Assembly: GCA_951406725.2 (NCBI GenBank)
Contig: OX597820.1
Span: 74,400,001 to 74,464,000 of the forward strand
Source of the DNA: Octopus vulgaris
Taxonomy: Eukaryota
Direction: 5' to 3'
DNA: 64,000 nucleotides
The notes below the pieces were generated by a model, which was not told where the DNA came from, searched no databases, and saw nothing but the letters and a program-made list of their open reading frames with translations. Made by a program: the position numbers and the translations under genes. Within the stretch, counting starts at the first letter, position 1. Every line of letters starts with the position of its first letter. Below are positions 54,330 to 64,000 of the stretch, in pieces.

Positions 54330-55340
54330 GAAAACATGGAAAATGGAGAAAGGGTACCGATAAGTGTGGAAGACTTATCGAATTCGAGAGCTTAATGAGA
54401 TACCTATCCCAAAGTAAGGAAACCTTGCTAGTGTCAGGAATGAGGGAGTATTGAAAGCAGAGAAAAAAAGGAAAAGGAAAGGAAGAAATATAAAAAGGAC
54501 CCGAATAGGCATTACGCAACAAGGAACTACACAATTCCATGAATCCACAACAGAGGTTGCTGGAAAACATGAGTTGGCTTGGCTGTAGAAAGGAAGACTG
54601 AAAAATGCGATTGAAAGAACTATACTGGTAGCGCAAGAACAAGCTTTGACCACGAATTGGAGGGTCAACCTTAAGAATGAGCAAGTGTCTCCGCTGTGCT
54701 TTACCTGTAATAGAGTGGACGAAACCATTGCCCATATCACGAATGAATGCTCAAGACTTGTCCCAAATCATTACAAGTTGTGGCGACACGATAAGGTAGC
54801 GAAAGTGCTTCACTGGAAACTGTGCGAAAAGTGGGGGCTAGAGAGGGGTAAAATGTGGTGTGAACACAAACCGCAGAGAATGGTGGAGTCAGAGACTTGC
54901 AAAGTCCTTTGGGAGTTCTCAATCTAAAGAGATTAGTTGCTTGAGTACAACAAACCGGACCATGTGCTGGTCGACATGATGCACCACATGTACTATATAA
55001 TTGATGTTGCATGCCCCCTTGACTCACGAATAGTCAAAAAGCAAAGAGAAAAAATAGATAAATACAATCCTCTTAAGTAAGAAATAGTCCGGTCTTTGAG
55101 GACAGTATCAGAAGTTATTAAGGGGAATATCTAAAGGAAATGGGAATAGAGTGCTCAGTAGAACTGTCACAAAAGGTTTCCCTCCTTGACACGGCCAGAA
55201 TAATCAGGAAAGTATTAGATAACTGAAAAGAACAGATAGCATTGTACCGTCGGCTGCAGGCAGCAAGTCCGCTACCGGTGCAAACCTTGAGGAGTTCCAA
55301 CAAAACCTGTGATAAAAAGAAATAACAACAAGAATAACAG
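54328..55340 (+). mobile_element. R4/Dong-clade LINE 3' portion (CCHC finger + restriction-like endonuclease), pseudogenised
   Basis: AQEQALTT, CFTC...ETIAHITNEC, RHDKVA, NKPD, IIDVACP, KIDKY, TARIIRKVLD; lies next to (AAT)n. Confidence 0.9.
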
Positions 55341-55799
55341 TTGTCTTTCTTCTCAATTAAGAAAAAAAGGAACGTTTTTGGATCTCAAAAATAGCTTTTC
55401 TTTTATTTCATCTACATAATTTCATATTTTCATTGTTTTAGAACATAATTTGATGCAGTTATACAAAAGAGTAATGAAATTCAGTAATATTTCTGGTTTA
55501 TCAATAGCGTTAATCGTATAAATAAACAGGCTTCAACCGGAACCCCAAATCGAGTCTACTCTAAAATCCTTGTCCTTTCTGCTGGACATAATGATTTGCT
55601 TTGGCTAAACCGAAGAGCCCTAAATCCTACAAAAATGGCAATTGATAACATGTGATGATTAATCCTTTTTCAAGTGGAAAAACCACAAAAATAAAATGAA
55701 ATATTTCAATAGAAAATCAAAATCTGTTCACATATTTGACTTAGCCTCCACGTAATTATTAGTTAAGATGTAATATGAACAATTTAACCTTCAAAACGA

Positions 55800-55888
<89 letters not shown>

Positions 55889-55930
55889 TTAATATTTTTA
55901 TTATTGTTGTTGTTGTTGTTATTATTATTA

Positions 55931-55998
<68 letters not shown>

Positions 55999-56367
55999 GT
56001 CTAACGAAGAAACGAAGGATATATTTCTGATTGAATGACTTCTAAAGAAAATAGGCTCTTATCCCGATATCCCAGCAAACAAAAGATCAGTAACAATCGA
56101 TTGTTCAAACTATCCACTTTGTTCTCATGAACAGGACATTGGAGAAAAACACATCAATAAGCGACACACCTTACTAGCAGATCCGATTATTTCCTGTTTA
56201 CCATGCGACAGCTTAACTTTTGTTATTCAGCTATATCAAGTTTGGACATGCTGCTCGTCTATATGTGATTGTATATACATAGATCCACACACACACGCGC
56301 GTGCACATACATGCATTTAAATGCATACATGCATGCATACAAAACTGACATACACACACACATGTGT

Positions 56368-56418
<51 letters not shown>

Positions 56419-56464
56419 GTATGTATGTATGTATGTAGCTATCTATCTATCTATATATCCATCC

Positions 56465-56562
<98 letters not shown>

Positions 56563-57177
56563 ATATATACATATATATATATATATGTATGTATGTATGT
56601 ATGTATCTATGTTTGTAAGTTTTTATGCATATGTATACAAGATGCAACGTTGCTATTTGTCTTTTCCATAAATTCTCCGGAAGTGAATCTTGTCCTTTTT
56701 TTTCAAAACTTTTCCCTCGACTTCTCAACGTGTATCTGAATCGGCATTTTATCTTACTTTTACAATTTCTGAACTACATTAAATATTGTCTCATCTTATT
56801 TCTTCAATTAAATTTTTCGTCTCTCAGACATTTTCAGGAAAGACTTTCTATTTAAATTCTAATCAGATTAACGTATATTAATCTTAAATATGGATAAAAT
56901 AATAGGCTTACTTGGAGTTACCATTGTCTATACATACAGCAGTCAGACTAGTCTTATAATATCTATTTCTGGATGTTTTTGTATTTACCAAAGAGGTTTG
57001 AACATAAGATAAATATAAATATGATTCTTTATTCCTCCGGCTATTCAACTTATAAAACTCTTTTAGGAACTATTCTATGGAATTATTGTTGCCGACGAAA
57101 ACCATAACCATATTCCTCGGATTTCGGATTTTATTAGAGATATGAATATTCTATATTGAAGCTATATTTACTCCATG

Positions 57178-57525
57178 AATGCGCATGGCGCAGTGGTTAG
57201 AGCATCGGGCTTGCAATCGTGAGGTTATGAGTTCGATTCCCGAACCAGGTTGTGTGTTGTGTTCTTGAGCAAGACAACTTTACGTTGCTCCGGTTCACTC
57301 AGCTGTAGAAATGAGTTGTGACATCACTGGTGCCAAGTTGTATCAGCATTTTCCTTTCCTTTGGACAACATCGTTGGCGTGGAAAGGAGAGGCTGGTATT
57401 CATGGACTGGTATACTGACCTTCTATAAATAACCTTGCCTGGACTTGTGCTTTGGAGGGGAACTTTCTAGGTGCAATCCCATGACCGAAAGAGTCCTTGC
57501 ATGATCGAAAGGGTCCTTTACCCTT
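57178..57525 (+). mobile_element. tRNA-derived SINE family D
   Basis: A box TGGCGCAGTGG, B box GAGTTCGATTCC, CORE-like GTTCTTGAGCAAGACA...CACTCAGCTGTAGAAATG. Confidence 0.85.
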
Positions 57526-57611
57526 ATATTTAGCCACAAATTATTTTTGAAATTTACATTACTGAACCATCCCGCCCAGATCTTTGCTTTCACTAGTATT
57601 TACCTTTGTAC

Positions 57612-57890
57612 AAGGTGCATGGCCTAGTAGTTAGCGTGTTGCACTCACGATTGCAAGGTTACGGTTTCAGTTACCTGACCAGGCAGTACGTTGTTTTCTT
57701 GAGCAAAACACTCCATCTCACGTTGTTCTGTGGTCACTTCGACATCCGACCTGCGGCACAACGTGCACCTGTACAGGAAATATCGATTTAATAGAGGGAG
57801 TGATCATATGTACAGCACAACCATTTGATCACTGTAAACCAATCATTTGGCGAGGTTGTTCAGCAGGAAATTGCTAAACCGTCTTTCTCG
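57612..57890 (+). mobile_element. tRNA-derived SINE family E, degenerate (related body at about 37870-38075)
   Basis: TGGCCTAGTAG A box, TTCTTGAGCAAAACAC, shared TGCACCTGT...CATTTG.TCACT...AATCATTTG body. Confidence 0.65.
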
Positions 57891-58364
57891 GACTCGAGAA
57901 ACTTTAAAAGAAAGCATTTATATGGAATTTTTATGTATTACTCTCCGTGAAAAAACAGCATGGTAGGGAGATGTGCAGTTTTGTCAAAAGACTCATAGAC
58001 TAGGGAAAAGGGACACCCACGTGATGGTGAACAGAGTAACTTCTTTATTATCAAAGACCGGGAACAAAATCACGAGTGCATTAGTACTAACGTTTGAGAT
58101 TTAGATACGGTAACCGTGGACTTTATCAGTCTCCGAAAACAATCAATGGTTTAATCAAAATATTGATTTATATTCCACATGGATAAGCAAGAAGTGCGCT
58201 CTGCTGTAGAACGACCAAAGCTTTGCCTTAGAAAGAAATCAGTTACTGAGCCGAAATTACAATCTCTATTGCTAAAATGCAAACGCACATTCATAATGCG
58301 GACTTTCAACATATGAAGTTTAAAAACTATTAACTACTTATATGGATTTGTGATACTAGAAGCC

Positions 58365-58845
58365 ACTTTTGGCAAAGTCGACCACAGTGGAATTTGAACT
58401 CAGGACGTAACGGCAGACAAAATGCCGGTAAGCATTTCGCCCGGCGCGCTAAAGTTTCTGGTAAAAATATATGCGTGCTAACCGAGGGAAAATAAATAAT
58501 AAAATATATTAAGTAATGTCTTAAATGTTTTTTTAAGGTGGGGTGGGGCAACAATAATATCAAATGAAAAGAAGCAATTAATGAGGTGGCTGAGTGAAGT
58601 ATTTTGATGCTGACGTGTGGTGGCAGAAACGTTAGCACGCCGGGCGAAATGCTTATCGGCATTTCGTCTGCCGTTACGTTCTGAGTTCAATTTCTGCCGA
58701 GGTCGACTTTGCCTTTCACCCTTTTGGGGTCGATAAATTAAGTACCAGTTACGCACTGGGGTCGATGTAATCGACTTAATTTATTTGTCTGTCCTTGTGT
58801 GTCTCCTCTATGTTTAGCCCCTTGTGGGCAATAAAGAAATAAGAA
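58365..58845. mobile_element. SINE family A copies (minus 58365-58458, plus 58615-58845)
   Basis: Family match. Confidence 0.85.
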
Positions 58846-59029
58846 GCCATTTTAAATATAAATATCATATCTGATCAAGAATGTCGCTTGTACTACATTA
58901 AGCAGCATCAGTCCATTTTGTTCGCTTACGGGGTGTTTTGATGCCAAGCCAAGCCCTTTGTTGTAGTGACACCAATACCATAGCGTCGACTGTGGGCTTG
59001 TGGCTGTGGACAGTCGCTTCAATACCGCC

Positions 59030-59169
59030 AAGAGCGAGCTCATGACACTTCTTGGACCCTAAGTAAGGCATGTGTAAAATTTGAACGAAATTGGTTGTGT
59101 AGTTCTCAAGTTTTAGGGAAACACGCAGACAGACAGACACACATTCTCAGTTTTATATATATATATAGA
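59030..59169 (-). mobile_element. 5' end of a non-autonomous Helitron-like element
   Basis: Minus strand starts A|TCTATATATATATATAAAA, then (GTCT)n and CCAATTTCGTTCAAATTTTACAC, like 59852-60259. Confidence 0.55.
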
Positions 59170-59733
59170 TAAACTCTTAAGACACCTGACAAAGCCAAAA
59201 TAAATATGGATTAATCGAATCCACAAATTTCCAACGAAGAAAACTGCGACTATTGGTCGTACTTTTCAGATTGCGGCCATGCTAGGGCAGTGATCTCAAA
59301 GATGTTACTTGATTATAACAAACCTTTTTTGTAAATCAATTTTTCATAATCTTTTTATAGAATGCGGAGTCAATCGTAGGCAAAAAGCAATGTTTCCTAA
59401 TACACATCTATCAGACACTGAAGCTTAAAATATATTCATTTTTGTGGTATTTTTTCGTTTTCTTTGTAAACTCAAACGTGCACGAATGTACATAGATACA
59501 TAGATACATACATACATACATACATACATACATGCATACGTGCATACATACATGCATACATGCATACATACATACGTGTGTGCGTTTAAACATATATGTA
59601 TGTGTGTGTGTATGTGTGTGTGTCAAATAAAATGAGGAGTATATATTTCCCTACGTCTTCCTTATTTGCTTCCTTTTCCATAATAACTCCTCATTGATCT
59701 CTAATATTTCCCTCTATTTAACCATCTTACATC

Positions 59734-59781
59734 ATCTCTGATGAAGAAATATCCCTAATATCGCAGAAATAGCTGTAAGAT
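59734..59781 (+). ncRNA. Decayed type I hammerhead in a pLTR fragment
   Basis: ATCT-CTGATGA-A-(damaged stem II)-GAAA-T-AGCT-G-TA-AGAT. Confidence 0.6.
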
Positions 59782-59851
59782 TAACTTTCTCTTTATAAAT
59801 GTCCTGAAAATTCCACACAGCCTTGGCTTCGTTGTCTCATTTTATTTAACA

Positions 59852-60259
59852 CTAGCAGCATAGCCCGGCGTTGCCCGGATATGTAAGAGCCCCTAGTAGG
59901 CAACGACTAATCCCAATCTAGTTCTTTCCCTCTAGGGAACGAAGGCGCATGTGTAGGTTGCAGTGTCTTCTCTTCACTCGAATACTCCTATGTATACGAT
60001 GTTCGTAGCTGTCTCCCGACAGAAAATGTGTTGCATATAAAAAGCTTAGATTCTCGACCCCATGTCGAATTTATCGATTTTTTTCAGAACTGGGGGAACT
60101 TTTCAAAATTTTCGCTGCGTTAGTTTTGAATTATGACATTGGGCTATGTCTGTGTCAAGTTTCATCAGAATCGGTTGAAAGCCGTGGTCAGGGTGAGGGT
60201 ACAACCTGACAGCTACACAGACACACAGACAGACAAACTGCCGTTTATATATAGAGAGA
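59852..60259 (-). mobile_element. Complete non-autonomous Helitron
   Basis: 5' A|TC, 3' hairpin CCGGGCAACGCCGGG followed by CTAG|T, no TSD. Confidence 0.85.
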
Positions 60260-60399
60260 TATAAATGCTTATACAAGACACGCGTTAGATTCCTTACTCG
60301 TACCATTATCGAACCGAGAGTTTAGCTACGGTCCTTCCATGTCACTTACATAGCGTTACCTGCCACCTTGGGTCTTCTGGATACCAATACCACTCATAT

Positions 60400-60552
60400 A
60401 TAGTGGCTGTGAGGTAAGTAGCTTGCTTACCAGCCACATGATCCTGGGTTCAGTCCCGCTGCGTGGTACCTTGGGCAAGTGCCTTCTACTAGAGCCTCGG
60501 GCCGCCCAAATCCTTGTGAGTGGATTTGGTAGACGGAAACTAGAAGCCTATC

Positions 60553-60600
<48 letters not shown>

Positions 60601-60862
60601 ATGTGTGTGTGCGTGTGTGTGTGTGTGTGTGTATGTGTATGTATGTGTATGTATATGTGTCTGTGTTTGATTCCCCCAACATCGCTTGACAACCGATGCT
60701 GGTGTGTTTACGTCCCCGTAAATTAGCGGTTCGGCAAAAGAAACTGATAGAATAAGTATTAGGCTTACAAAGAATAAGCTCTGGGGTCGATTTGCTCGAC
60801 TAAAGGGGGTGTTCCAGCATGGCCGCAGTCAAATGACTGAAGCGAGTAAAAGAGATTAAAGA
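60400..60862 (+). mobile_element. SINE family B
   Basis: Head to tail match. Confidence 0.9.
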
Positions 60863-60883
60863 GTATATATATATATATATATA

Positions 60884-62516
60884 TCTTATGATAAAAGGCA
60901 GATTTTCTCTGCCTGTTCCCATGTTTCTTTTTAATACAATTCTACAATATAGAATTCCTTCAATTGTAATTTACCAATGATTTTTCCAAGTAGATTCGAT
61001 TGGGTCATGGCATAAAAAGTTTTTTCAATTTGACCCCCAATTAAGCAAAAATTCGAGAAAACTCAATATTTTACGATTTCCCTCTCTCATTTCAAATGGT
61101 TTACTCCTGCTATTACTTCTCCTACTTTCTCTTTGCAAGTGTGCAACAATTAAAGTGAAAGTATTAATATAACAGGGATGAGCCATTAATACTAGTCATC
61201 CTTTTTGCTAGAGGAAGATCCGCTATGGTCTTATATGCTATATCACTGGTTTTCAATTCATATTAATCAAATTAATATTCAATTTTTCACCCTTATTATG
61301 TGTGTGTGTGTGTATTAGTAATTCGTATAAAATTGCATTAATGACTTGAACTTGAATAAGTGGTTTCACATAAATGGGGATAAATTAAAAAGGTCTGTTG
61401 TTGTTATTATTACTGTTTGACTATTGTAATCACGTTTGTTGGTTCTTCGTCAGGGAAACGTTGTAGTGTTGCATTTGTTAAATAATTGTAAACCGTAACC
61501 CTCCCCCTTTCGGAGAAGGGGCTTTGGTTATTGTTTAAAAATTGAATTGTGTCCCTGTTTGGGGAAATTGACAATATTTTCACCGTCTTTACGGAAGTAT
61601 TTTTGTCAAAATGCCTTCAATAGACGAAAGTCCAAAAATGAATTTCGCTGCAGCCGTACACTTCTATACAAGAGGGAGGACAAGATCCAATTGATCGAAA
61701 TTGCAAGAGACGGGCCTACAATTCCAGTCTGTTATATATTTTGAGTATTGTTATCACTAGCGATATCAAGATATAACTTTGAATTTTGTATTTTATGTGT
61801 AGATGTATATATATATAGATGTACATGTAATATGTACACATATATATATATACACATATATACATGCATAATATATCTACCCATACACACATACGCACAC
61901 ACACACTCACACATACATAGGGGCAGGTGTGGCTGTGTGGTAACAAACTACGTTCCAAACACATGGTCCTGGGTTCAGTCCCACTGTGTGGTGACTTGGC
62001 ATGTGTCTTCTGCTGTAGCTTCAAACCAACAAAAGCCTTCTCAGTGGATTTTGTACATATATACAGGCATACATACAGATATATACATGCATGTTCTATA
62101 TCTTATAAATTACCCATATTTACTTACCCATGCTTCATTCCCCTCTTGCCTACATAAGCATCCATTCTCTTTTAACACAGCATGAAGTTTTGTAACAGCA
62201 CATCCGTTGCCGTTCGTGGAAATCGAAGAGATCCTATTCACCTGCGAACGTTTTACACCGCCTTCCACGACTATCAAATTCTTACATTTATGAGAACAAT
62301 AACATGGCTATTTTCAAGGCAACCTCGCATTCAATTCTTACACCATTCTACGAGGGGGTAGGAACCCCTTTACACGGCTTTCTATACACTTACAAATACA
62401 TTCATTCGCCGTAAACTTATATCAATATTTGCTTGAATAATCATCATAATTCAGTGCAATCATCAACAGTACTTTCAAGCAATTCAGCCTCGAGCATCGC
62501 CGGGCAATTCTGCTAG
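60884..62516 (+). mobile_element. Putative 1.6-kb non-autonomous Helitron in (TA)n with nested SINE B fragment (61920-62055)
   Basis: 5' A|TCTTATGATAAAAGGCAG resembles the 5' end of 59852-60259; 3' CGAGCATCGCCGGG hairpin-like segment followed by CTAG|T. Confidence 0.65.
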
Positions 62517-63659
62517 TATATATATATATATAAAACCGTCTAAAGGATAAAATTATCCATTACACTACCGATATATACTACCTATATTAAACCATGGGAA
62601 TACATATGCAAATATATTATGCTCATAGCTTATAGGTAAAGACAAAGATAAAGCTGGGTTTATCAAGAATCAAAATTTAAAGAAAACAAAAAATGGAGAA
62701 ATACTGATGAACAAATCGTTGTTCACCAGTACTTCTCTATTTTCTGCTTTCCTTATATTTTCTCTCTCTCTCTCTCTGAGGATGATGATGATGAGAATGA
62801 TGAGGAGGAGGAGGCAGGTGATGATGAACGATGATGATAGTAACTTGTAATTTCAACCCAGATGGGAATCTTCAGATTGAGGGATTTTTTTCAAATGAGA
62901 GTTTTTCTTTGTTTTTGTTTTTTTAATGTAATTGGTGTTGTTTTGTGGCGGGTGAATATACTTATTTTATTTGTTTTTATTGGAAGGCTCTTGTTCTGTC
63001 TGGGTAACTTGGGGATAAGTGTTCGCGCAGGAAAGAAGATCGATTAGGTATATAAAGATAAGTGGTCTACTCCGTGATTAAAAAGAAAAAAAAAGATTCA
63101 TAAATTAATTAGTCATTCAGTAGGATAGTGTGTGAAAGTGTATAGTGGTTTCGTAATTGCACAAGCATGAATGTTTTGGAGAATGAAGTTCACTGGAGCG
63201 TGAATATTCTTATAAATATACATCAGGTTAGAGGTTTAATATTTGAAGAATTTTCTGGATAGAGACAATGGCATTGTCGATAAATAGGATTTGATGCTTT
63301 GCAGTAAATTGACTTATTGGACGAATGTGTATGAGTCTTTGTGTGCGTGCGTGTGTGTGTACGTATGTATAAAGTTCAAGGGTGATGTTAGACTGACAGG
63401 TGCATATGCGAATATATATATACAAGTAGATATGCGTACACATATATGCAAATATTACGTCTGTATATAAGTATGTTTGGATATGTGTGTGAGTGTGGGT
63501 GTGTGTATGCATTGATCTTGAGTTAGTGCTTTCAAAATAAATTAATACGCCAGATAACATTCTCTGGATAAAGGAATCAATAGAAATGTAGAATCTCAAA
63601 ACTTTTCAGACCAATATGGAGATTGATAGGGACTTCGAAGTCTAGACATCACTGTCACT

Positions 63660-63732
63660 CTAATACACACACACACACTCACACATGCTCACGCACACAT
63701 AAATTCACACACATATTAAAATATACATTTAA

Positions 63733-63782
<50 letters not shown>

Positions 63783-63805
63783 ACATACACACATATATAT
63801 ATATG

Positions 63806-63868
<63 letters not shown>

Positions 63869-63879
63869 AAATATGTATA

Positions 63880-63911
<32 letters not shown>

Positions 63912-63950
63912 AATATATATATGTATGTATATGCATATGTATGTATATTC
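63660..63950. repeat. Compound (CA)n/(TA)n microsatellite (one of dozens in the window)
   Basis: Direct reading. Confidence 0.95.
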
Positions 63951-64000
63951 AGTGACATCAGACGAAGTTGAGAATTTGGTTCCATTGATTTATCTGTGTT

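Noticed and set aside
57178-57250. tRNA gene
   Set aside because: A and B boxes are present but there is no proper acceptor stem, and it continues into a SINE body.

Overview
AT-rich, microsatellite-saturated eukaryotic DNA. It is probably intergenic or intronic octopus/cephalopod sequence, inferred from the SINE families and repeat landscape, not proven. I cannot support any intact host protein-coding gene; almost all listed ORFs are translated microsatellites or SINEs. The window holds decayed LINEs (L1/Tx1, RTE, R4/Dong-like), a Tc1/mariner end, hAT and other MITEs, non-autonomous Helitrons and many copies of several tRNA-derived SINEs. The most interesting layer is a set of Penelope-like terminal-repeat (pLTR) fragments, mostly embedded in (TA)n, many carrying hammerhead ribozyme (HHR) motifs. 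It has four parts. (1) Canonical type I hammerheads sit inside long fold-back inverted repeats. (2) One Penelope 3' end has a pLTR with a tRNA-derived Pol III head upstream of the hammerhead. (3) Compact hammerheads carry recurrent non-canonical cores. (4) Four otherwise dissimilar elements share a 'reversed-order' motif (hairpin-GAAA-24 to 26 nt-CTGANGA-hairpin), a candidate undescribed structured RNA or ribozyme variant. All alignments and folds were done by eye, so boundaries are approximate.
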